DNA of 64,000 nucleotides from Octopus sinensis (GCF_006345805.1 NC_043004.1:63736001-63800000), one strand, 5' to 3'. Counted from the stretch's first letter, positions 28,164-42,099 are shown. Made by a program: numbers and translations. The notes: generated by a model not told the origin, from the sequence alone.

Positions 28164-28248
28164 CAATGTCAACTCTTGTGTATCATTTACTTTCGTCAAG
28201 AATATATTTCTGTACTGGCACATCGCGTCCCTCACAAATTTTTGGCAG
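28164..28248 (+). CDS. M13 peptidase exon (NVNSCVSFTFVKNIFLYWHIASLTNFWQ)
   Basis: ctacag|...|gtacat; phase 2-0; ungapped resemblance to the neprilysin DLQNLMSWRFIMDLV segment as I recall it. Confidence 0.62.
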
Positions 28249-28950
28249 GTACATTATCAACCATGTCATCTATGAGCCAACACAAAGGATTGATGTTGTT
28301 CCTTGAACATCTAGAAGTATCGGCGGAATTTTCCTGTAATAACAGAATTTCACTTTTCGAAAATGACACGGAATTAGTTTTGGATATAGTCCGTGACAGT
28401 GAATAATATCCTCGGTACAGGCTCCGTCTCAATTAATGATGAGATGATCAAAGCGAGATTGTTTTCTGTTGCAGATGCATAGAAACAAAATGGCTACAAC
28501 CTTCAATATATCGTAAGATATGAGGTATCGTGCATATTCTTGAGATAATAAATCTTAGACTTTGTTAAGTATGTGATTTGTTTCATAATGGGATGATATT
28601 GCATCATCAATTGAAGATATAAATCTATAATTACCATATATATGGCATAATGACAACACGTATAATGTCCAACACTAAGGATATTGGACACAGTGACGTG
28701 ATAATGTTATTTTAGTGTTGCACATGTTTAGATATCATCCCAGATATGTGTAATGTTCATAATCCCACAAAACATGCACAGAGATATTCACACATACACG
28801 CGCGCATATGTCTCTCTCACTTTCTCTTTCTCTCTCTCTCTCTCTCTCTATCATATATATATATATACGAGTGTGTGTGTGTAATCATCATAATCACACA
28901 AAACATTCACAGACATGCACACACAAGCGCGCGCACATATTTCTCTCTCT

Positions 28951-28999
<49 letters not shown>

Positions 29000-29029
<30 letters not shown>

Positions 29030-29410
29030 CAAAATGAGGGTGAAAGATTGGATATTAATTTTATAACATCAGTTTAACACCAGTGGTCTAGCACATAAAG
29101 AACTGAGATTCAGTAAATAGTATTTTATACATAAATATAAGAGTGAACCACTATGTGGAAACCCTTACACTAGAAAATGATCCGCTATGGTCTCAACCAC
29201 TAAGCATTGTTCTCCAGAAAATTTAGCACACCAGAAACGTAATCGAGCAAGACAAATGAAAAATAACAAAAATATAGATTAATCACAAACAATTGTTTCA
29301 CTATCAATATATTACGTAAGTTTACTTACATAACTTATCTGTAGATCATCTGTGTGATCCTCTTTGCAAGATATAATTTGTAGAACTACACGCCAGATAT
29401 GAACACGATT
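29000..29410. mobile_element. Short noncoding repeat family member (related copies at 39935-40575 and 48528-49075)
   Basis: Shared AGGGTGA.AGA.TTGGATATTAAT...CACCA.GTGGTCTAGC and GAACCACTATGTGG motifs. Confidence 0.6.
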
Positions 29411-29908
29411 GGTGCCCCAGCATGGCCGCGGCCTTCGGGCTAATACATTTTTAATGATTTTTTTAAGGATATATATATTGATAGATAGATAAATAGATAG
29501 ATAGGTAGATATATAGATATAGATATAGATATATAGATATAGATATAGATATATACATATACATACATATATACATGCATACCCACATACATACATAAAA
29601 AGAATAGCTATATCATAAACATAGATAGACATAATGGCATCTGAAGTCATTATATATTACATTACAGTAGGTGTAGACATAAGTAAAACATAATTTTTTT
29701 TTATTTTTCATTTTATATTCCATTTCAGAGATTTCATGAACATTGTTTTCCTTGAAACTCTTCAAGAGTTCTATGGAGTGATACCTGCTTTCGGAATACA
29801 CTTTGTCAAATCATTTACTGGTGGTGTAAGGACTAATACATATGTGAGTAGACTTGTGATGAATCTTAACATGTCTGAGGATATAGTTCAAAATCTGTAC
29901 TCACCATA

Positions 29909-29997
<89 letters not shown>

Positions 29998-29999
29998 TG

Positions 30000-30049
<50 letters not shown>

Positions 30050-30053
<4 letters not shown>

Positions 30054-31288
30054 CCGCAATAATAAGATGCACCATCCAAAGGCAGACATAGATCGTCTTT
30101 ACCTTCCCAGAGCTCAGGGAGAGCGAGGTTTGATCGAGCTTGAATTTGCGTACAAAGCCACCACAATTGGACTGGCCAAATACCTTGAAGCAACCAACGA
30201 TTGGATGCTAAAACTTGTTGAAAATCATGAAAGACCGGAAAACCTTCATTCTATTCTGAAAGAGAGCAAAACAAATCGCTACTGATCTCTTAGATACATA
30301 TCAGGTTGAAGGAACTGCTGCTGCAAAGAAAATATAATTAATTGCAAAGACAAAAGCACATGAAAAATTAGCTAGCAGATGGGAAAAGAAACCTCTGCAT
30401 GGTAAGTATGTGTCCTGTAGCAAACAAGCTGATGTCGACCAGAAACACACGGACCAATGGTTACTAAGCTCAGCGCTAAAAGCAGAGAGTGAAGGTTTCA
30501 TATTAGCTGTTGAAGACCAAAGCATATTAACTCGGAACTACCAAGCCAATGCGATAAAAAATGGAGCTGACCCAAAATGCCGATTTTGTAATAATGAGAT
30601 TGAAACTATAGACCACCTAATCTCAGGGTGTAGAGTCTTAGCACCTTTAGAATATAAAGCAAGACATGACAGAGTCGGCCAGTAATTACACTGGACAATA
30701 TGTCGACATTATAACATCAAAACCGCTGACACCATCCTGAAGCTGTGATTGAGGGAGAAAATGTGTCGATTCTATGGACCTCTCCATACATACCGACAAA
30801 ACTATAAAAGCTAATAAACCGGATGTTATAAAAGATCAGACAAAAAAGGAGTGTTTATTAATTGACATGAGTATACCTTGCGATCACAATATATCGGCGA
30901 AAGAATTTGACAAGATCAGTAAATATAAAGACTTGCTAATAGAAAATTGAACAAAATGTGGCATCTCAAGGCGATTACAGTACCAATGATTGTGGGATCT
31001 CTAGGAATGATGAAAAAATGTAATGAGACCTATTGAAAATGATACCAGGCTTACCATCCCTACTGGAAGTGCAAAAAATCGTGTTAACTGGAACGGCTCA
31101 TGTACTGAGAAGAACATTAACGCTGTGAAAACAACATCCATTCATGAATTTATTTATTAATTATTAAATACATATTTTACCTTTGAATTTGCGTGTGTAA
31201 TCTGGGAATGCATACAACGAGCTTCTCTGCCCAAAGTGTACGGAAAACACTCGACCAGAAACGGAAGAAAATTTGAAGAAAGAAGGAA

Positions 31289-31290
<2 letters not shown>
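30050..31290 (+). mobile_element. 5'-truncated R4/Dong-clade retrotransposon within (AAT)n
   Basis: HHPKADIDRLYLPRAQG, CRFCNNEIETIDHLISGC, KPD..LLID; frameshifted; flanked by (AAT)n at 29907-30050 and 31291-31500. Confidence 0.92.
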
Positions 31291-31350
<60 letters not shown>

Positions 31351-31352
31351 TA

Positions 31353-31408
<56 letters not shown>

Positions 31409-31497
31409 GATAATAATAATAAAACAACAACAGTAACAACAACAACAACAATAACAATAACAATAATAACAACAACAATAATAATAATAATAATAAT

Positions 31498-32053
31498 AAA
31501 TGCCCTGATGCAGTACCAGGCAGTGGCTCTCATGGCTTCTGATCTTAACTGATTGGAAGTGTTATCATGTACATTGTTTTGTCTTGATATAAAAGATGGG
31601 CTACAGCAAATATTCTGCTCAATGCCACAGTTTTGCTTGTCAGTTGTTTGACCTTAACCAGTTGAGCATGTCCCTTTGTGGCTGACGATATATGCATCTC
31701 TGATCACGAGCAGACGTAGTGGGGGAGCATCATAGCAGTGTGTTGAAAGGAATTCTTAGAGGTTTGGATAATTCACCTCTGGAAACATGGGTGATTTGTT
31801 CAACATCCTTAAACAATCCTTATTCAGGGACCTTTTGAGCGGGATGGGCTACTCGACCTGAAGAAAATCCTAACTGGGCCCGACCTGCAAGGTCATGCGC
31901 TGTTTATCTTCATGAGATCACCATATCGCGTACATACGGTTGTGATGCATGTGTCTGGTGTACCCTTATCAGACGGGTAGTCATGATGGGTATACTGGGC
32001 TTCGTAAATTTTACCCCAGTGTCACTTTGATGGCATGTACTGCTCTATCACTC

Positions 32054-32115
<62 letters not shown>

Positions 32116-33536
32116 TAATAATAATAATAATAATAACATGCAGTACCAGGCAGTGGCTCTCATGGCTTCTGATCTTAACTGATTGGAAGTGTTATCATGT
32201 ACATTGTTTTGTCTTGGTATAAAAGATGGGCTACAGCTAATATTCTGCTCAATACCACAGATTTCCTTGTCAGTTGTTTGACCTTAACAATTTGAGCATG
32301 TCCCTTAGTGGCTGACGATATGTGCATCTCTGATCACGAGCAGAAGTAGTGGGGGAGCATCATAGCCATGTGTTGAGAGGGATTCTTTGGGGTTTGAATA
32401 GTTCCCCTCTAGAAACATGGGTGGTTCTTTCAACATCCGTAAACAACCCTTATTCAGGGACCGTTTGAGCGGGATGGGCTACTCAACCTGAAGAAAATTC
32501 TAACTGGGCCCCACCTGCAAGGTCATGTGCTGTTTATCTTGATATGAGATCACCATGTCGCGCACATATGGTTGTGATGCATGTGCCTGGTGTACCTTTA
32601 TGAGACGGGTAGTCATGATGGGTATATTGGGCTTCGTATATTTTACCCCAGTGTCACTTTGATGGCATGAACTGCTCTCTCACTCAATAATAATAATAAT
32701 AATAATAACAATGATAATAATAATAATAATAACAACAACAACAAGAATAATAATAATAATAATAACAATAATAATAATAATAATAATAATAACAATAATA
32801 ATAATAACAATAATGACAACAATAACAATAATAACAATAATAATAATAACAATAACAATAACAATAATAATAATAATAATAATAACAGTAATAATAATAA
32901 CAGTAATGATAATAATAATAATAACAATAATAATAATAATAATAATGATGATGATGATGATGATGATGATAATTAATACCCTGATGCAGTACCAGACAGT
33001 GGCTCTCTGGGCTTCTGATCTTAACTGAATGGAAGTGTTATAACGTACATTGTTTTGTCTTGGTATAAAAGACTACCAAAACATACAGCAAATATAATGC
33101 TCAATACCACAGATTTGCTTGTCAGTTGTTTGACCTTAACAATTTGAGCATGTCCCTACAGGCTGACGATATGTGCATCGCTGATCGTGAGCAGAAGTAG
33201 TAGGGGAGCATCATAACCATGTGTTGAGAGGGATCCTTTGGGATTTGAAAAATTCACCTCTGGAAACATGGGTGTTTCATTCAACATCCTTAAACAACCC
33301 TTATTCAGGGACTTTTTGTGCGGGATGCGTTACTCGACCAGAAGAAAATTCTAAATGGGTCCCACCTGCAAGATCATGCGCTGTTTATCTCGATATGAGA
33401 TCACCATGTCGCGCACACATGGTTGTGATGCATGTGCCTGGTGTACCCTAATCAGACGGGTAGTCATGATGGGTATACTGGGCTTCGTATATCTTACCCC
33501 AGTGTCACTTTGATGGCATCCGCTGCTCTTTCACTC
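31498..33536. repeat. Three ~550-bp noncoding repeat units separated by (AAT)n: 31498-32053, 32137-32685, 32976-33536
   Basis: Direct alignment, roughly 90% similar; all end CACTC|AATA. Confidence 0.95.
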
Positions 33537-33544
33537 AATACTAT

Positions 33545-33580
<36 letters not shown>

Positions 33581-33598
33581 AACTACTACTACTACTAC

Positions 33599-33691
<93 letters not shown>

Positions 33692-33729
33692 TAATAATAA
33701 TTTTAAATAATTATTTTGTCAAAAGAAGT

Positions 33730-34830
33730 TAGTTTGTTCTTTCCTCTGCGCTTGCGTTCTGGTTTGCGTCCTGACACACCAATACATTTCGATGCGAACT
33801 TGCAACGACACAGAATGTATATTTTGTGCTTGAGATCACGTTGAAAATGATGAACGAAACCTAACAACATCGACATTTCATGTTTCCTTTTTATTGTAAA
33901 AACGAGAAAGCAGTGGAAACCTGCAGGAAGGTATATAATGTGTACTGAGTGGATACTGTTACGAAACCTGTGTGCCAGGCGTAGTTTTCAAGATTTCCAC
34001 AGGGTAAAATTTCTCTTCAAGATGCACCCAGCTCGGGCCGACCAACTCAGATTGACAATGGCAAATTGAAAGAGTAAATCGAGTCCAAACCCTATAGCAC
34101 AACAACTATGACCACAGATATTCTTCATATATCCAAATCAAGTATTTAAAATCATTTCGACTAACCTGGTTAGATCAGCGGGTTTGGTGATTAGTTGCTA
34201 CAAAATGTGAATGTGGAGAACATGGCCTAGCGAATGTCTGTGTATGTTTTGGTTGCAAATGCCTGACCAAAGTGACCTTTTGTTGAAAAGAATGGTGACG
34301 GGGTATAGAATATAAATTGTCTTCAAGACTGTGAATCACAAAGGATCATGTGGAAACTATGGTGAATCACCGCAAAAACAAACCTTGGCAGCAGGGCTAC
34401 GCCAAAAGGAGCATATGCTTTCACTTTGGTTTGGAATGGAAGGCCGTTGTCATCTACGAGCTGCTACCCACAAACAGGACTTTCAATTTGAACGTGTCGT
34501 TTGACCCGCTGGAAATAACAGACGCAACAGTCTGAGAGGGAAATCGAGAATTCACGAATTGGAAGGACGTAATCTTTCATCACTACGGTGTCTACCCACT
34601 TGCTTCTTCGCAGAAGCGGTAAATTGACATGGGTTTCTTTAGAAACGTTGTCTCACCACCTATAATAATCCGACGGTGTGCCTTTATTGGCTTCGATAGG
34701 AAATTATAAGAAAGCAAACAGTTGTGCTATTATTTCGATATGGAGAAAAGCGTGGCAAGACCTCTGACGAGCAACTTTTCAAATTGTTGATCACTGGATA
34801 CGTACCTCATTTTCTTCCACAATCGATAAG
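33730..34830 (+). mobile_element. Decayed mariner transposon
   Basis: AVETCRKVYNVY..., DAPSSGRP, MVTGYRI (IVTGDE), VIYELLP; many stops. Confidence 0.7.
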
Positions 34831-35264
34831 TACGCAGTTACTGTAGTCGATTGCTTAATTTGCATATTTCCTCTATAGCCGATTCGTCATAAATTACAAT
34901 TTACATGCTTTATGCGCAACTGTGCGAAAATACATTGACCTACTCATGAGCAGTAAGACTGTTACAAAACTATGAGAATATGAACACCCATTTCTTCACT
35001 TCCAAAGAGCAAAATAGAGGCAGGAGGCGCTTGATTATCCGTTTCGCAATTTGATGCCTGTATCTGATTTCCCTTCCAATATAGAATATTTGGCAGTTAT
35101 GCAAAGCATGCATAACGTAGGAATGCAAGAAAACTAGTCTAGTAAAAGCCCCTCTTCATTAAATACATAATTATATATGTCTGTAAGTGTTCATCTTTAT
35201 TTTATTTTTATAAACAAAAAATATTATTTTCAATATTCTATTATATATTTTAATTTAAAATCAG

Positions 35265-35387
35265 GCAAGCAAGCAATTTTTGGCACCTCAACGTAGAAAG
35301 TCTTGTTTAGATGTAACTAAATTGGCCGGAGACGTACTGGGCTGGATGTATAGTGAAAAACATTTCGATGAGGAGGTTGAAGACGAG
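35265..35387 (+). CDS. M13 peptidase exon (ASKQFLAPQRRKSCLDVTKLAGDVLGWMYSEKHFDEEVEDE)
   Basis: aatcag|...|gtaaat; matches RW..C......G.LY...F; 123 nt, phase 0-0. Confidence 0.9.
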
Positions 35388-35622
35388 GTAAATACAAATT
35401 TCGATTAATCTCTATCTTAAAAATTTACCCACTTTCCAACGATGTCATTTTTGGTGCAGTCGTACTTCGTGGCACCTTCAACAAGTGTCCTCTACCGTAA
35501 TCGTGAGTCGACTAATACATTCGTTAGACGGAAAGTATGTATGTATCACCGGTATACACACACACACACACACATATATAAATATATATATATATACAAT
35601 ATATATATATATATATACAATA

Positions 35623-35725
<103 letters not shown>

Positions 35726-35734
35726 TATACATAC

Positions 35735-35791
<57 letters not shown>

Positions 35792-35792
35792 T

Positions 35793-35845
<53 letters not shown>

Positions 35846-35846
35846 T

Positions 35847-35884
<38 letters not shown>

Positions 35885-36286
35885 TGTAGCGGTCATAGAC
35901 TGTAGCAGCAGCAAAGTCGTGTCGGCTGTCTTTTGTTAACTATATGTCTCACGGTTTTTCATTGGTCAGTTTTACTGTTTATATACAGATTCTAGTCTCC
36001 GTGAAGAACTGTCTCTTCATTCCGTAATGACAACTGCAACTATAATAGCTTCTGCACTTACGAGTAAATTGTGTCTCGTGTAGAATGCATTTACCTCAGA
36101 CACAACTTATCTCCCGCCCACAGTCATTACCTTAATTAATCGTTATACCCTGGATATCAGTTCTCTCAGTCAATATGTTTCTATTATTCAATGCCTGCTT
36201 ACTCTTCACTTTAGCCCTATATTTATAAATCCATATCTATATCTCTATTCAGTTGTATTTACTATTCCCACTCTTTTTCTAACCAG

Positions 36287-36391
36287 GTCTCTCAAATGGT
36301 GAGTTATCTCCTACGAGCTGCAGAGAAGTTATTATCTGAGGTAAACTGGGTAGACACCAAGAGCAAATACTTAGCTTCACAGAGACTTGAG
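36287..36391 (+). CDS. M13 peptidase exon (VSQMVSYLLRAAEKLLSEVNWVDTKSKYLASQRLE)
   Basis: ttctaaccag|...|gtaaga; WVD matches the WMD motif; 105 nt, phase 0-0. Confidence 0.92.
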
Positions 36392-37217
36392 GTAAGAAAT
36401 AGGATGTTTGATGGTTACTCAGATTGTTTACTGTTTTCAACCTCAAATAATGTGCTATTAGGAATATAATATTATTATATCAACTGCAGTTTTTTCGGTA
36501 ATGTAACAAAAAATCTAGAGGGGGGAAATAAAATGTTTTCTTAACATTTTCTTAAGTTTTCTTGTTTTCTTAAATCTTTCAAGTGTCCGTAAAGCATTTC
36601 CCTCGACGTTGTGTTGCATTCTGATGACATGGTGAAAAGAGTATAATGCCATCGCTGAGACAACTGTTGTAGACAAACGAAGGAACTGTTACATCAACAA
36701 TGTCATAAGTTTTTTCCCTTGTGTAATGTCAGATCGACGTGTAATTTTATCGTTTCTAAATTTACATCGGTAACAAATATATTATTGGTAAATTGGAATG
36801 GCAACTGTAAACAGAGGACGAGACATCTCTTTCCGTCTCGTCCTCTGTGTCTCTCTACTGACTCTCTATATCTATCTATCTATCTATCTATCTCTACCCT
36901 ATATTTCTCTCAACCTCTATCTCTCTCAACCTCTATCTCTCTCTACCTCTCTTCTGACGGGTTACTTTACACTCTTTAGGGAAAGTCGATTTTGGTCAGA
37001 TTCCCTCCAGAATAGATGGATGGGTCCCACCAAGTCTACAAAATACCCCTAAATATTCCGTATGGCACGACTGTACCTTTGCAACTCACCAAGGTGTTGA
37101 GAGTCAAGGGTAGGACGAGGCAAACATATATACAGACACACAGACAGACAGTCAGACAGACAGACAGACTGACAGACTGACAGACAGACAGATAGATAGA
37201 TAGATAGATAGATAGAT

Positions 37218-37283
<66 letters not shown>

Positions 37284-38372
37284 GTGTGTGTTTGTGTGCT
37301 TGCGTGTGGGTGTAAATTTGAATGAAATGGATTTAAATGTTATTTCTTATATATGATTGATACATGTATTACCATGCAAACTTGTTTTATTATATCTCAA
37401 TACTTCGAATGCAGATGAATCACCAAAATTGAAATGTCAAATTTATTCGAAAGCATTCTACTGATATTCTGTATAATTCGAGGAGTTTTGCCGACTTTGT
37501 AAAACATCTTTGAATATTCTGCATTTGGTGTGGCTCTAAATTGTTTAATATTGTAATGAGATATCAAACATGTAACATAATTTAAATAACAAGATATGAG
37601 TTAGGCGTCACTTTCCCTTTCACTTTAATAAGTAATAAATGGAATAAATAATATACTATAGCCGCGATTTGTACTATTAAAGTTGTTCCTGAATTTATAA
37701 AAAACCAAACTTAAGACGTAAAGTGTACTAGCCATCCGAATGTGGCTAGCCACTGGGGGTGGGTGTTACTGACGCTTTTAGCCCCAGGAGATCGACGTCT
37801 CCAGCTGGCCTTAGACACAATTTCAGTGCCCTTGTGTTATTTGCAAAGAGAGGTCATCCTCTCTCGAAAATCTAAGTGATACATACGGACTATAGTTTGA
37901 CGTTACAGTTAAAAAGCACCGTTTTGCTATACAATTCGGTAGTGTATTAATGCGCCTTTGTCACTCTCGATATATTGTACTGATAGTATTCTTTACTAAA
38001 TTCTTTTCTAAATTCTTTTACTAAATTTAAGTAATCAGTAATTAAATTTAAAAAAAAAAATAAAAATATATCAATCACGGTTGATAATTTGGTTTGTTAT
38101 TGAATGTTATGCCATGAATTTACCTCACCATCTAACTTTGGTTTTTAATACATACATATATACATACACACACATGACTACGTACATAATAGAAACTTAT
38201 GCGCTGGATAGTGTCTGTGCGTGTTTATCTGCTCGTGTGCGTGCATGTGTACGTGCGTGCGTGTGTGTATGTGTGTGTGTGTGTTTGTGTGTATGTGTGT
38301 GTGTGTGTGTGTGTATGTAAGCAAACGTTGTCTGAATTCATTTCATTCAATCACTGAAATATTATTTTTCAG

Positions 38373-38450
38373 GACCTCAAAAACCGAATCCACATAGGTC
38401 GTCAAAATACAGAAAAGACCAAGGATAATCTGATTAAAAGCTATGCAGAT
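38373..38450 (+). CDS. M13 peptidase exon (DLKNRIHIGRQNTEKTKDNLIKSYAD)
   Basis: tttttcag|...|gtatat; IG at the IGYP position; 78 nt, phase 0-0. Confidence 0.82.
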
Positions 38451-39607
38451 GTATATATACTTTTTAAACTTTTATTTCTTAGAATTAGCGTCCCCATTAA
38501 CATATCTGTATTAGAATTTAACTTGAGAAATATCATCTCAATATTTTTAAAGTTATTCTTTTAATGACAACTAAAGAGAATAAACATTGTATTGATTCTC
38601 TTTTTGCAAGATGAATGATATCATTCCTTTTCTACCTGCCAGTTTGTTCAATGGAAAAATATGGTGTAAAACTGGGATCGAAAGAACGGAATATGCAACT
38701 ACATTTATCTATCTCATTCCATGGACCTCTGCCACAAGCTAATAAACAAAATTTTCTGCTATATGCGGTTAGCCAAATAGACTTTCTGAAGCACAGTATT
38801 TCTATGAATATCAGTCATTTAAAAGATTCTTTTTCCATTTTTGACCTCCTAAATTATGAAACTTGCAATAATAGTTTAATATTGTCCCACATATTTACTC
38901 TGTTACTTTAGGATTATTTCTTTGCATTTCCCAGAATAAATGACCACTTGGTACAATCCATAGAGCCTCGGTTATAATCCCTGACAGTATTTTATCCGAC
39001 TCTTTGTGCTTTAAGTGTAAATCCCACTGGTATCAACTTCGCCTTTTATTCTTTTCAGTATCGATAAACACGTACCAGTCTAGAGCAGTAGATTATTGTA
39101 GCTGTAGGTACATTGTGCTGGATACTTGGCGTTATTTGTTCCAGGCCATCGTATCCTGAGTTCAAACCCCTCCCTGATCTAAACTACATGTATCTACCGT
39201 GTTTAACATCAGAAGCTGGCATCTTGGATGAGATTTGTTGTCGGAATTTCTGTCTGAATAACTTTCGTTATTTTTCACTGGAAGCCTTGCAAAGTTCAAC
39301 AATACTTATTTTCTCCTGAGACAATGGTTTAAATAATGTTGAACAAATATACGAAAAATATAGTGAAATTATGAAATGCAATGATGATTAATCATTTAAA
39401 GTAACTTTCTTATTTTTATGAATTATAATACATTAAAACATTTTATTTCATTTTAAAATTACGTTTGTACCAAATTATGTTTGTTAGCTATGGGGTCTAG
39501 TTTCAGTCTGGTAGTAACTTCCAAAATGAAACAATAATTCTTGAAAATGAATATTCGGAGTTTATTAAATACTTTAAATGTAATATATGATATTTTGTAT
39601 CTTTTAG

Positions 39608-39693
39608 GTTTCTCTCACCCACAAGTTTCTATCAAACATAGTTACAATGAGTAAAGTGAGTAATCAGCTTGGGAGAAGACTAAAGAACAACAA
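39608..39693 (+). CDS. M13 peptidase exon ([28 protein letters not shown])
   Basis: cttttag|...|gtaagc; 86 nt, phase 0-2. Confidence 0.8.
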
Positions 39694-39751
39694 GTAAGCT
39701 TTTTTAAAAACTTTTATCGTTAACATCATAATACACACAAACACACACATA

Positions 39752-39821
<70 letters not shown>

Positions 39822-39836
39822 CATATATATATATAC

Positions 39837-39920
<84 letters not shown>

Positions 39921-40554
39921 AATATAAAATAAATATAAGAGAGTGGTCACTATATGGCTCACTCTAGCACCAGTTAATCCAAAAGGTTTCAACCACTAAA
40001 AATACATGTTTCCCATGAAAGTCAGTACGATTGTTAGCTCACACGGACAGGGCAAATAAAAAATAACAAAAATACAGATTATTTTGGGACAATTGTTTCG
40101 CTATTAATGAATTAAATGTAATTTTACTTACAAAAAAATCCACTTGTAGCTCATCGGCCAAAACTATCTGGATGAAATCCACTCAATCACACGCCAGATT
40201 TTACCATAACGATAAATACGCGTGTGGTTCAATTGATTACATCCGACGTTATAATTCAAATGCCCCAACTAACAGCGCGCCAAACTTTCACGGAAAACAA
40301 ATACAGCATTTAGAAATAAATGCAGCATAATTATAATTAATTAATAAGGGTGAGAGAATTAGATACTAATTTAATAGTATATCCATTCAACACCAAGTGG
40401 CCTAGTGCTCCGAGAAACCTGGATTATTATAATATTTTATAATATATTATAATATTTTTACAAAATAAATATAAGAGAATGAATTATATTATATATTGAA
40501 TTATATTATATATATTGAATTATATTATATATTGAATTATAACGTCGGATGTAA

Positions 40555-41240
40555 TCAATTGAACCACACGCGTATGGTCTGATTCCATTGAAATATTTCG
40601 TCCAAAACGGTTAAGGAACTAGTGGGATTTTTTTTATAATCTAGCTTTCTATTTAAAGTATTTTTGATGATAAACAGTCCATTATCCCTGTATAAACCAC
40701 CCGTTATTTCCGGTGATTCGCTATTGAATTTATGTAGAATGTATATACCAACGAAATCTGTAGCATGGGCGGAATCAGATACTCCCATACATTTATCGAA
40801 GCAGTCGGGTGTGTCTGTTTTGGCCCTTAGTTTATTATCAAAATTAATTATTGATTTTCTAGCTGTTATTATGACTTGAAATATTTTCCTTGACAATTTA
40901 GTATTATTTTAGCAAATATAAGGGCAATATTTACCACTGTTGAACTAATTGATGAGTAATAGTCATTAATAGCTACCTGTAAGAATTTGTATCTATTTTT
41001 TATTTCTTATTTTGAATTTCTTTGAATACGAGGATAATTTTGTAACAGACTTTAAAGTTATATTAATCTGCCCTGCTAAATCGGACATAGGTAAACTCAG
41101 TAAATGTTTTATGGACAAATATATTGTAGAACTTCCGGATAAAATTAAATTGAAACTATGGTCAAATATACGAGAAGCAATAGATTGGTTGATTACAATA
41201 GGTGAGGGGAGTGCCATAGTCATGTACTGAGAAGGATTCT
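40555..41240. mobile_element. Penelope-like RT fragments in opposite orientations
   Basis: Minus strand FDKCMGVSDSAH...GLYRDNGL; plus strand LICPAKSDIGKLSK...WSNIREAIDW. Confidence 0.7.
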
Positions 41241-42099
41241 TTATGATTTAAATAGATATAACAAAAGGAATTATTAGGCATTATTCATACTTTCTGTTTT
41301 GTAAGAAAATAAGAAATAACTTTGATACATGAAAATAAAATTGCGTTGCACAGTGTTATATAACGATAACTTCCTGTACGTTAAGCACACGACAACCAAG
41401 TAACAAAATTGTCTGGGATTACTTTCGAAACGTAATATTAGGTTAGCATGTGAGGCAAATATAGTCAATGGATATCTAAATTATTAAACACTTCTCGCAC
41501 TGTACTATGATTGTCTGTTGTAGTTATTTTATATGTATATTTATGCAAGCTATGTAGAGTATGTTGCTACTGGAAGTGGAGATGCTTGTCATCTTGTCAA
41601 AATTATTCCATATCTTGTAACGGGATGAAGTGAATTTCATACTGATTTATAAATGTATTGATCTACTCATATTTCTTTCAGTGTTCTATACTAGTCATAC
41701 TAGCCATACTAGCCATACTAGCCATACTAGCCATACTAGCCATTGTATGCTGGATGCTAATGAAATAATTACCACGGTCTATGTGATCTCTATAAAAATG
41801 TGTGTGCGTGCGCGCGTGCATACATGCGTGTGAATATGTGTATGTATGTATGTATATATGTATATACGTATGTATGTATGGAAAGAAACGAATATTTATT
41901 TTGTCTTCAATGAAGTATTTAATCAGAGTAACGTCTCCACTCATTGATAACATACTTCCATCTACTTGGCAACTTGTTGATCATTCAGATCTATATTTTC
42001 TCAGGATTCGAAACAAAGAAACACTGAATATTGTTTTAAACATCTTCAGAATTAATAAACATTTTCCCGTCTCAATAATGCTGCAACTATCTAAAAACG

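Noticed and set aside
28475-28512. Acceptor-like ttgcag followed by CIETKWLQPSIY
   Set aside because: Phases (2-1) do not fit the chain; the Cys-containing exon is 35265-35387.
31501-31570. Hairpins at the left end of the 550-bp unit as an HDV-like ribozyme
   Set aside because: I could not build the nested double-pseudoknot; the spacing between the putative P1 strands is too short.
29866-33710. Poly-I/L/Y/N/T ORFs, and a repeat-spacer-like look suggesting a CRISPR array
   Set aside because: Trinucleotide microsatellites. The units are ~550 bp with simple-repeat spacers, there are no cas genes, and the context is eukaryotic.
35989-36063. Candidate exon SSLREELSLHSVMTTATIIASALT
   Set aside because: Phase 1-1 is incompatible with the flanking phase-0 exons, and there is no M13 similarity.
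36980-37052. LQNRWMGPTKSTK resembling the M13 WMD..TK exon
   Set aside because: Ends in a stop with no donor; exon 36287-36391 fills this position with proper splice sites.
41695-41743. 9-bp tandem repeat (CATACTAGC)x5; also a 17-bp repeat at 40493-40540 and an 11-12-bp repeat at 18118-18165
   Set aside because: Ordinary local slippage minisatellites with no associated structure.
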